From: Gammaproteobacteria bacterium
Lineage (GTDB): Bacteria > Pseudomonadota > Gammaproteobacteria > Arenicellales > Poriferihabitantaceae
Direction: 5' to 3'
Length of the DNA: 64,000 nucleotides
NCBI GenBank assembly: GCA_030432755.1
Contig: JAUILZ010000001.1
Span: forward strand, 203,388-267,387
In this document: positions 12,668-20,445 of the stretch, one piece after another
Position numbering within the stretch: the stretch's first letter is position 1
Layout: every line of letters begins with the position of its first letter
Translations under genes and position numbers: made by a program
Notes under the pieces: generated by a model
What the model was told of the DNA's origin: nothing
The model's input: the letters and a program-made list of their open reading frames with translations, nothing else
Database searches by the model: none

Positions 12668-13357
12668 TCAGGCGGGTTCGACCGAGAAGGCGAGATCGGC
12701 GGGCGCCTGGCCCTCGCCGTTGACCGGGGTCAGGTCCTGGGGGCAGGCGGACATCACCGCGACGAGGTTTTCCAGCGCCAGAAACGTGACGCGGTCTCCC
12801 GGCCGGCTGAGAGGCGCCTCCCAGCGGGTGTTGCCTTCCGCGTTGACCGGGATGTTCATCCACAGGTTGAACGGCGCGGGAATCGCCGGCGCGTCGAGGC
12901 CGATGGCGCGCAACGCCATGCGCAGGTTGTCGGTGCAGTTATCATGGTAGCCGGTGACCCCGAGTTCGCGGTAGCGCGCGAGATCGCAGGCGGCGATGAC
13001 GGTGTCGTGAACCCCCGCTGAGGTGTCGGCTTCGAAGGTCAGCAATGGCCTGCGGGCATTGCTTACCAGCGTGTCTCCGACGCGTGGGAAAATAGACTGG
13101 AGCGCGGTATGGGTATGCGCCATGGAGAGATATTCGCGGATACCCGGATCGGCGAACGCCCAGAAGTCGCAGACCTGGTGACCCGACGGATTGCGCACCA
13201 CCAGGCGGTCCCCTGCGCGCAGCCGAACCGCGCGCCCGGTGCGCGCCGCGATCCGGTAATCCCGGCCGAATTCCGGCCGCCCGTCCAGCGAGATCGCGCC
13301 GTCCCGGGTGGAATTGCTGCCGTCTGGCCGCGCGGGATCGAACGGATTCTCAGCCAT
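12668..13357 (-). CDS. DUF1989 (urea carboxylase-associated) family protein
   Basis: 229 aa; 'AGDRLVVRNPSGHQVCDFWAF', 'HTHTALQSIFPRVGDTLVSN', 'HDTVIAACDLARYRELGV..YHDNCTDNL', 'PFNLWMNIPV'. Confidence 0.85.
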   Translation of the reverse strand: MAENPFDPARPDGSNSTRDGAISLDGRPEFGRDYRIAARTGRAVRLRAGDRLVVRNPSGHQVCDFWAFADPGIREYLSMAHTHTALQSIFPRVGDTLVSNARRPLLTFEADTSAGVHDTVIAACDLARYRELGVTGYHDNCTDNLRMALRAIGLDAPAIPAPFNLWMNIPVNAEGNTRWEAPLSRPGDRVTFLALENLVAVMSACPQDLTPVNGEGQAPADLAFSVEPA

Positions 13358-14258
13358 TGCCGCGCCGGCCCGCGGTCACCGAGGGAGGCTCGGTGTAGTA
13401 GGGAAGACTGTCGCGCCGCACCGTGCCTTCTCCCGCCTCGGAAATGCTGCGCACGTGATCGGCGATCTCGCCCAGGGTGGCGAACCACACGTCGCGGGAT
13501 TCGAGGATGCTTTCCAGCCAGGTCTCCACCTGGCGCCAGCGCGCCAGCCGGCCGGTGAGGAACGGATGCCAGATGCAATGCCAGAATCCCCCGGCCTCGT
13601 AATGCGCCTCGAATTCCTCGAAGAATGCAGCGAGGCCGCTGCTCGGGGACTTCACCGGCATCAGGTAGCCGATCTCGTCGTAGTGGGCGAAGGGTGGCCA
13701 GTCGTCCGTTCCCCAGTGGACCGGCACCTCCACCAGGCTGCCCGCGGCGGTGTCCAGCAGGTAGGGAATGTCGTCGCCCATCAGCGAACTGTCATAGGCG
13801 AAGCCGCGCTCAAGCAACAGGTCGGTAACACCCTGGGTGATGTTGTAGACCGGCGCGCGGTAGCCGCGCGGCGTGTTGCCCACCTGGCGATGGGCCGCCA
13901 GCGCGCGGTCGAACCAGTCCACCTGCTCGTCGTGGGAATGCGCGGTGGGGTCCTCGTGCAGGTAACCGTGATGTCCCACTTCGTGGCCACCCTCCAGCAT
14001 CGCCTCCACTGCACCGGGATAGCGCTCGATGCACCATCCAGGAACAAAGAAGGACTGCTTGAGGCCGAAACGCCGATAGGTCTCGAGGATGCGCGGCACC
14101 GCGACCATCGGTCCGTACTGACCCATGGATATGGGATAGAGGCGGTTGTGGCTATCCTTCGGCCTCGAGATATGGATCAGGCTGTCCGCGTCCATATCGA
14201 AGGTGATGGCGCAGGCGCAACGCGCGCCGTTAGGCCAGGGAATGGGGTACTGGATCAT
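13350..14258 (-). CDS. Polysaccharide deacetylase family protein
   Basis: 'CACAITFDMDADS', 'SFFVPGWCIERYPGAVEAMLEGGHEVGHHGYLHEDP' (NodB homology); start trimmed to MIQYPIP. Confidence 0.88.
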   Translation of the reverse strand: MIQYPIPWPNGARCACAITFDMDADSLIHISRPKDSHNRLYPISMGQYGPMVAVPRILETYRRFGLKQSFFVPGWCIERYPGAVEAMLEGGHEVGHHGYLHEDPTAHSHDEQVDWFDRALAAHRQVGNTPRGYRAPVYNITQGVTDLLLERGFAYDSSLMGDDIPYLLDTAAGSLVEVPVHWGTDDWPPFAHYDEIGYLMPVKSPSSGLAAFFEEFEAHYEAGGFWHCIWHPFLTGRLARWRQVETWLESILESRDVWFATLGEIADHVRSISEAGEGTVRRDSLPYYTEPPSVTAGRRGNG

Positions 14259-14513
14259 GGAACTCGTCCGCGGATTGTGCAAGGCAGCATGGTAGCAATG
14301 GCGCCGCTGACAATACAATGCGCGCCGCTCGTCGTGTGAACGCTTGTCCGCATTACCACTTGGTCATTCGCCACGGCTGAACTGGACAACGGTCGAACCC
14401 TTGCACTATCATCCTGTCCAATAATCAATGCCGCCCCGATGCGCGCGTATCCCCGATGCGCGGAGGAGAGCGGTTTCGTCTCTCATCACCAATACCTCGA
14501 GGAATATAATCCG

Positions 14514-15734
14514 ATGAAGAAATCTCTCAGCCTGCTGGGCTGCGCGCTGGGCGCATCCCTGCTGTTTTCCCACACCGCAGCTGCCCAGGACTGCGAAACC
14601 ATTACCCTGGGTTCCGCGATATCCCTGACCGGCAAGTACGCCACCAACGGGATCCACGCGAAGAACGGTTACGAGTTCGCTATCCAGAAGATCAAGGATG
14701 CCGGCGGCGTACAGTTCGGCGACAAGTGCTACAACTTCAACGTCATCTATTACGATGACGAATCCAAGGGCGACCGCGGCGCCACCCTGGCGGAGCGCCT
14801 GATCAACCAGGACAAGGTCCAGTACATGCTTGGACCCTACTCCTCCGGTCTTACCAAGGCCATCGCGCCGGTGACGGAGAAGTACCAGATCCCCATGGTC
14901 GAGGCGGAAGGCGCATCGCGCTCGCTGTTCAACCAGGGTTACAAGTACCTGTTCGCGGTGCTCTCCACCTCGGAGCAGTATCTCGCTTCCGCGGTGACCC
15001 TCGCCGCCGAGAAGGCGGATGACCCTTCCAAGGTCAAGGTTGCGGTGGCGGTTGAGAACGATCCGTTCTCGCTCGATATCCGCGCCGGTGTGCTGGAGGA
15101 CGCTGCCAAGTTCGACATGCAGGTCGTAATTGACGAACAGCTCCCGCGTGACCTGTCCGACATGAGCGCGATCCTTACCAAGGTCAAGCTGCTGAAGCCC
15201 GACCTGCTGATCGTCAGCGGTCACTCCAAGGGCGCCGCCACCGCGGTTCGTCAGATCGGCGAGCAGAAGATCGATTCGCCAATGGTCGCGATCACGCACT
15301 GTGAGGCGGCGGACGTGGTGGGCAATTTCGGCGCCGCGGCCAATGACATCCTCTGCTCCACCCAGTGGGCGGAGACCCTGACCTACGAGGATCCGCTGTT
15401 CGGCAGCGCCGCGAACTACGAGAAGGAGTTCAAGGAAGCGTTCCCCGAGTACAAGGACAAGTCGGTTCCCTACCAGGTCGCCCAGGCTTCCGCCGCGGTG
15501 TACGTGTTCAAGGATGCCTTCGAACGTGCCGCCAGCCTGGACAAGGAGGCCGTGCGTGACGCGATCGCGGCAACCGACATGATGACCTTCTACGGTGGTA
15601 TCAAGTTTTCGGAGTTCGGCAACAACATCGCCAAGCCGATGGTGCTGCGCCAGATCCAGGACGGCGAATACAACGTGGTTGCGCCTTCCGAGTTCGCATC
15701 CCACCCGCTGAACTGGCCGCGTACCCCGCAGTAA
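14514..15734 (+). CDS. Branched-chain amino acid-type ABC transporter substrate-binding protein
   Basis: Signal peptide MKKSLSLLGCALGASLLFSHTAAAQ, then 'ITLGSAISLTGKYATNGIHAKNGYEFAI'; followed by permease and ATPase genes. Confidence 0.9.
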   Translation: MKKSLSLLGCALGASLLFSHTAAAQDCETITLGSAISLTGKYATNGIHAKNGYEFAIQKIKDAGGVQFGDKCYNFNVIYYDDESKGDRGATLAERLINQDKVQYMLGPYSSGLTKAIAPVTEKYQIPMVEAEGASRSLFNQGYKYLFAVLSTSEQYLASAVTLAAEKADDPSKVKVAVAVENDPFSLDIRAGVLEDAAKFDMQVVIDEQLPRDLSDMSAILTKVKLLKPDLLIVSGHSKGAATAVRQIGEQKIDSPMVAITHCEAADVVGNFGAAANDILCSTQWAETLTYEDPLFGSAANYEKEFKEAFPEYKDKSVPYQVAQASAAVYVFKDAFERAASLDKEAVRDAIAATDMMTFYGGIKFSEFGNNIAKPMVLRQIQDGEYNVVAPSEFASHPLNWPRTPQ

Positions 15735-15746
15735 ACCAGACCGTAG

Positions 15747-15779
15747 ACAGGGCGCCCTCCGGGGCGCCCTGTTCTTTTT
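15747..15779 (+). terminator. Rho-independent terminator-like hairpin between substrate-binding protein and permease genes
   Basis: Perfect 11-bp stem ACAGGGCGCCC-TCCG-GGGCGCCCTGT followed by TCTTTTT. Confidence 0.85.
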
Positions 15780-15806
15780 ACCCCCTCCGAATTCCGTCCC
15801 GTCCCC

Positions 15807-16715
15807 ATGGACCAGTTCCTCAGCAATATCGGACTGCTGTTCGAGTTTCCGATTGTCAATCTCAAGATCATCATCGACGGACTGATGATTGGTGCCCTCT
15901 TCGCCCTGGCGGCCTATGGCCTGGCCCTGGTCTGGGGGGTGATGAACGTCAAGAATCTGGCCCAGGGTGACTTCGTCATCGCCGGCGGTTATGTCGCCTG
16001 GTACCTGTCGCGCCACGGGATGCCGCCCCTGCTGGGCGTTCCCGTTGCCTTCGTCGTGATGTGGGGCGTCGGCTGGGTGGTCTACCGGCTGGTGATCTCG
16101 CGGGTGATAGAGCGCGACCTCTTCACCTCGCTGCTGGCCACCTTCGGTCTCGCCATCATCATGGCGCAGATGCTGAACCTGCTGTTCGGTTCGGACACCC
16201 AGAGTATCCAGCTCGATTACGATACCCTGTATTTCTTTGACTTCATCGACATTCCCATCGCCAAGCTGCTGGGTGTACTTATGGCAACTGCCCTGGCCGT
16301 GGCGGTAGTGCTTTTCATGAAGAAGAGCCGCATGGGCCAGGCAATCCGTGCTACCTCCCAGGATGCGCGCGCGGCAAGGGTGCTCGGCATCGATACCGAA
16401 AAGGTCTACTCCTTTACGTTTTCCCTCAATTCCGCGATCTGCGGCGCCGCCGGGGCGATCATCGTCATGGTCTGGGTGATACAGCCGTTCTACGGCATCA
16501 CCTATTCCATCCGCTCCTTCGTGATCGTCACCGCTGCCGGCCTGGGCAACCTGCCCGGCGTGATCGCCGCCGGTCTCGGCATCGGCGTGGCCGAACAGTA
16601 CGGCGCGCATATCTTTGGTATCGGCTACCAGCAGGCCATCGCGGTACTGCTGCTGTTGCTGGTGCTGGTGTACCGCCTCGTGCAACAGCGTCGCGTGCGC
16701 CAGAGCCTGAAGTAG
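15807..16715 (+). CDS. Branched-chain amino acid-type ABC transporter permease (LivH family)
   Basis: 302 aa membrane protein, 'LIIDGLMIGALFALAAYGLALVWGVMNVKNLAQGDFVI'. Confidence 0.9.
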   Translation: MDQFLSNIGLLFEFPIVNLKIIIDGLMIGALFALAAYGLALVWGVMNVKNLAQGDFVIAGGYVAWYLSRHGMPPLLGVPVAFVVMWGVGWVVYRLVISRVIERDLFTSLLATFGLAIIMAQMLNLLFGSDTQSIQLDYDTLYFFDFIDIPIAKLLGVLMATALAVAVVLFMKKSRMGQAIRATSQDARAARVLGIDTEKVYSFTFSLNSAICGAAGAIIVMVWVIQPFYGITYSIRSFVIVTAAGLGNLPGVIAAGLGIGVAEQYGAHIFGIGYQQAIAVLLLLLVLVYRLVQQRRVRQSLK

Positions 16716-16726
16716 GGGAGGCTGTC

Positions 16727-17758
16727 ATGAAGAAAACACTGTTTTACGCGGTCCTCCTGCTGATTACCATCGCCGCGCCGTACCTGTTTCCGGACTACGG
16801 CACCCAGCTCGCGACCCTGTGGCTGATGATCATCGTCGCCCTGACCTGGGACATGACCGGCGGCCAGATGGGATACAACTCCCTCGGCAACATCTTCTTC
16901 TACGGTACCGGCATGTATGTTGCCGCGCTGATTACCATCGGCATGGTGCATCCCATCGGCGAATATACGGATGCCAGCCGCTCCGAGCTGATGTTGTTCA
17001 CAGAGGGGCAATACTTCACCGGCCTGATCGTCGGCAGTCTCGGGGCTGGACTGTTCTGCGCGTTGTCGGCGGTGATCATTGGCTATATCACCTTCGGCCT
17101 GCGCGGTCCCTACTTCGCCATCGGTACGCTGGGTGTCGCCATCGCCGCGGGCGAACTGGTGTCCAACTGGGACTGGGTCGGTGGGGGGCAGGGCATACAA
17201 CTGCCGGTGTATCCAGGCGACCTCGACACCGGCAAGGTCGTGTTTTATTTCCTGTTTGCGATCACCGGTGTGGCGCTTTTCATCTTCCTCAAGTGGCTGT
17301 ACAGCACCCGCTTCGGCGCCGCCATCAATGCCATTCGCGATGACGAGGAAAAGGCCGAGGCCATGGGCATTCACACCATGCGTTACAAGCTCACGGCCTG
17401 GGCGTTGTCGGCATTCTTCGTCGGCGTTGCCGGGGGAATTTCCGCCTTCCAGCTGATCCATTTCGAACCCCTGGAAACCGCTTACCAGACCATCAACCTG
17501 GGCATTTTCATGGTGGTCTGCGTACTGCTGGGTGGCAAGGGCACGCTCTGGGGGCCGGTGGTCGGCGCGATCCTCTTCCATGTCATCAAGGAGGTCACCT
17601 GGAACTACCTGCTTGGCTGGCAATGGGTGGCGCTGGGCGCGCTCATCGTGGTCACGGTGGTCTACTTCCAGGATGGCATCATGGGCTGGCTGATGCATAA
17701 CAAGCCGGAATGGTTCGGCATGCGGGTCGAGAAGAAGGAGCAGGAGGGCACGGCATGA
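16727..17758 (+). CDS. Branched-chain amino acid-type ABC transporter permease (LivM family)
   Basis: 343 aa, 'NLGIFMVVCVLLGGKGTLWGPVVGA', 'AINAIRDDEEKAEAMGI'. Confidence 0.9.
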   Translation: MKKTLFYAVLLLITIAAPYLFPDYGTQLATLWLMIIVALTWDMTGGQMGYNSLGNIFFYGTGMYVAALITIGMVHPIGEYTDASRSELMLFTEGQYFTGLIVGSLGAGLFCALSAVIIGYITFGLRGPYFAIGTLGVAIAAGELVSNWDWVGGGQGIQLPVYPGDLDTGKVVFYFLFAITGVALFIFLKWLYSTRFGAAINAIRDDEEKAEAMGIHTMRYKLTAWALSAFFVGVAGGISAFQLIHFEPLETAYQTINLGIFMVVCVLLGGKGTLWGPVVGAILFHVIKEVTWNYLLGWQWVALGALIVVTVVYFQDGIMGWLMHNKPEWFGMRVEKKEQEGTA

Positions 17759-18498
17759 GCACCATCATCGACGTGCAGGACGTAACCAAGTCCTTCGGCG
17801 GCGTGCTGGCCAACTCGGATGTTTCGCTGCAGGTCGAGCGCGGTGGCATCACCGGGCTGATCGGTCCCAACGGTTCCGGCAAGACCACGCTGTTCAACTC
17901 CGTGGTCGGTTATCACCCCATCGATTCCGGCTCGATCCATTTCGAGGGCCAGGAGATTTCCAAGCTGCCGGTGCAGAAGATTGCCCGCCTGGGACTCCTG
18001 CGCACGTTCCAGCAGACCCGGATCTACGGCGCGATGAACTGTGTGGAGAACATGCTGATCTCCATGCCCCACCGGAAGATGACCTTCCTGGAGTCTTTTG
18101 GCAGGAACACGGCGGAAGACCGTGAGCGCGCGGAGATGCTGCTCGACTTCGTCGGCCTCTACGAGAAGCGCTGGCTGCGTTCGGGCTCGCTCTCCTTTGG
18201 CCAGCAGAAACTGCTCGAATTCGCCATGGCGTTGATGAACGAGCCCACGGTGCTGCTCCTCGACGAGCCCACCGCGGGCATCAACCCGACGCTCATCAAT
18301 GGCCTGATCGACCGCCTGAAGCGCGCGAACTCGGATTTTGGCATCACCCTGTTCATCATCGAGCACAACATGCGGGTGATCATGAACATGGCGGACACGA
18401 TCTACTGCCTTGCCCATGGCAAGCTGCTCGCGAAAGGGTCTCCGGATGAAATCCAGAATGACCAGCGGGTGATCGACGCCTACCTGGGCGCGCACTGA
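17755..18498 (+). CDS. ABC transporter ATP-binding protein (LivG family)
   Basis: Walker A 'GPNGSGKTTLFNSV', LivG 'RTFQQTRIYG', 'LLLDEPTAGINP'; ATGA-type overlap with LivM; start trimmed to MSTIIDV. Confidence 0.9.
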   Translation: MSTIIDVQDVTKSFGGVLANSDVSLQVERGGITGLIGPNGSGKTTLFNSVVGYHPIDSGSIHFEGQEISKLPVQKIARLGLLRTFQQTRIYGAMNCVENMLISMPHRKMTFLESFGRNTAEDRERAEMLLDFVGLYEKRWLRSGSLSFGQQKLLEFAMALMNEPTVLLLDEPTAGINPTLINGLIDRLKRANSDFGITLFIIEHNMRVIMNMADTIYCLAHGKLLAKGSPDEIQNDQRVIDAYLGAH

Positions 18499-18523
18499 CC
18501 TCGCGCCCGACCGGAACAGAATC

Positions 18524-19390
18524 ATGACTGAGAAAAAAGGTATCCGCGGCTACGGCCAGGGCGGCGTCGACGCCGTCATTTCCGTGGACGAGGTGGCGCG
18601 CCAGGCGGCGGCCATCGCTGAGGAAATCAGCATCGAACAGCTCGATGCGCTGGCGGGCAACGACTCCTACGTAAATATCGAGAATCTCGTTGCCGGCTAC
18701 GGCAAGATGGAGATTCTCCACAACGTCAACCTGCGCGTCGGCCGCAAGCAGTCGCTTTGCCTGATCGGCCCCAATGGCGCCGGCAAGTCCACCGTTCTGC
18801 ATGCCATCTTCGGATTCAACAACATCTTCTCGGGCAAGATTACGGTGGGCCAGGGCGACAATGCCCAGGACGTCACCGCGCTGTCACCGAACGAGAAGCT
18901 GTCCCGCGCGGGCATCGCCTACATCCTGCAGGACAAATCGATCTTCCCCGGCATGACTGTGGAGGAGAACCTGTGGATGGGAGGCTTCCTCAAGGACAAG
19001 CCCGCGGAGGCGAAGCAGGCCGCGGAAATGATCTTCGACAAGTATTCGCGCCTCGCCGCGCGGCGCAAGCACCAGGCCAAGGTGCTGTCAGGCGGCGAGC
19101 GTCGCCTGCTGGAAATCTCCCGCGCGCTGGTGATGAATCCGGACGTCCTGCTGGTCGACGAACCCTCCATCGGCCTCGAGCCTCGCTTTATCGACATGGT
19201 GTTCGAGATCCTCGACGACTTGCAGAACAACGAGGGCAAGACCATCATCATGGTCGAGCAGAACGCGAAGAAGGGCCTCGAGTTCGCCGATATCGGCTAC
19301 GTCCTCGTCTCCGGCCAGGTGGCCATCGCCGGCAAGGGCTCTGACCTGCTGCAGAACCCGAAGGTGGGGGAGCTCTTCCTCGGCGGCTAG
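18524..19390 (+). CDS. ABC transporter ATP-binding protein (LivF family) with about 50-aa N-terminal extension
   Basis: 'GPNGAGKSTVLHAIFG', 'YILQDKSIFPGMTVEENLWMG', 'LSGGERRLLEISRALVMNPDVLLVDEPSIGL'. Confidence 0.88.
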   Translation: MTEKKGIRGYGQGGVDAVISVDEVARQAAAIAEEISIEQLDALAGNDSYVNIENLVAGYGKMEILHNVNLRVGRKQSLCLIGPNGAGKSTVLHAIFGFNNIFSGKITVGQGDNAQDVTALSPNEKLSRAGIAYILQDKSIFPGMTVEENLWMGGFLKDKPAEAKQAAEMIFDKYSRLAARRKHQAKVLSGGERRLLEISRALVMNPDVLLVDEPSIGLEPRFIDMVFEILDDLQNNEGKTIIMVEQNAKKGLEFADIGYVLVSGQVAIAGKGSDLLQNPKVGELFLGG

Positions 19391-19639
19391 CCTGTAGAGG
19401 GGCGGGTCAGACTTGGGCGCCAGCCCCGGTATTCGCCGGGGCATGCTTTCGCTGGCGTCTCAATATCAAGGGTTCGTCGGGCTAATTTTCAGCGCAGCCC
19501 CGCGCTCAGCTATTCCGCGTGATGCCGTCCTCGTCCGTCCCGGCAATCTGCCTCCAGGGGCCTTGCACGACACCCGCAAAGCCAAAATCTCACCCGCCGC
19601 CAGGGCCTTCAGGCCGAGGCGGCGAGTGTGCCGGTCCGG

Positions 19640-20218
19640 TCAGGCGAAGTTTTCTGCGGCGAAATCCCAGTTCACCAGGTTCCAGAACGCTTCCACATAC
19701 TTGGGGCGCGCATTGCGATAGTCGATGTAATAGGCGTGTTCCCAGACATCGCAGGTCAGCAATGGCACCTGGTCGCCGGTCAGCGGCGTGTCGGCATTGC
19801 TGGTGTTGACGATTTCCACCGAGCCGTCCTTGTTCTTCACCAGCCAGGTCCAGCCGGAGCCGAAGTTTGTGGCGGCGGAGGTGGAGAATTTTTCCTTGAA
19901 GTCGGCAACGCTGCCGAAGGCCTTGTTGATCGCGTCGGCCAGGGCGCCGGAGGGCTCTCCGCCGCCATCTGGGCTCAGGCAGTGCCAGTAAAAGGTGTGG
20001 TTCCAGATCTGCGCGGCATTGTTGAACAGCCCGCCCTTGGCCTTGCGGATGATGTCTTCCAGCGAGGCGTCAGCAAACTCGGTGCCTTCTATGAGCTTGT
20101 TGAGGTTGGTGACATAGGTCTGGTGATGCTTGCCGTAGTGATAGTCTAGGGTTTCGGCGGAAATATGCGGCGCCAGTGCGTCTTTTGCGTAGGGGAGTGG
20201 TGGCAGTTCATGCGCCAT
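19640..20218 (-). CDS. sodB: Superoxide dismutase (Fe type)
   Basis: [40 protein letters not shown], '[16 protein letters not shown]', '[30 protein letters not shown]'. Confidence 0.95.
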   Translation of the reverse strand: MAHELPPLPYAKDALAPHISAETLDYHYGKHHQTYVTNLNKLIEGTEFADASLEDIIRKAKGGLFNNAAQIWNHTFYWHCLSPDGGGEPSGALADAINKAFGSVADFKEKFSTSAATNFGSGWTWLVKNKDGSVEIVNTSNADTPLTGDQVPLLTCDVWEHAYYIDYRNARPKYVEAFWNLVNWDFAAENFA

Positions 20219-20283
20219 TGCGTTCTTCTCCTTTGAAGATTGGGTGTATGGATATGATGGGGTGGATATTCGGTATCTCAACG

Positions 20284-20301
20284 ATCCGCTTTAAAGCGGA
20301 T
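20284..20301. promoter_or_regulatory. 18-bp perfect dyad upstream of sodB
   Basis: ATCCGCTTTAAAGCGGAT is its own reverse complement and lies 66 bp upstream of the sodB start codon. Confidence 0.45.
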
Positions 20302-20445
20302 TCGTTCCCGGCGACGGTTTATCGGGTGCCTTGTTAAGCGAGAGTTGACTGAGGAACAGGCAAAAGGGAAGCATAACCAACAATCCATGGCTCGGCAACG
20401 CGTGCCCGCAGCCAGGAACCCCGAAGGGGCCTCGAAGCGCGCGGA

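Noticed and set aside
14340-14513. Leader of the Liv-type operon as a riboswitch candidate (guanidine/urea related)
   Set aside because: A short hairpin is present but I could not match any known riboswitch core; Infernal against Rfam would be needed.
14409-16685. 758-aa minus-strand ORF antisense to the binding-protein and LivH genes
   Set aside because: Low-complexity, His/Gln/Asp-rich translation typical of the antisense of GC-rich coding DNA; the plus strand has clear transporter motifs.
19391-19639. GC-rich hairpins between livF and sodB (CCCCGG...CCGGGG nested in GCGCCAGC...GCTGGCGT) as a possible structured RNA
   Set aside because: They fit a simple convergent-gene terminator region; no U-tract or recognisable motif supports a specific RNA call.
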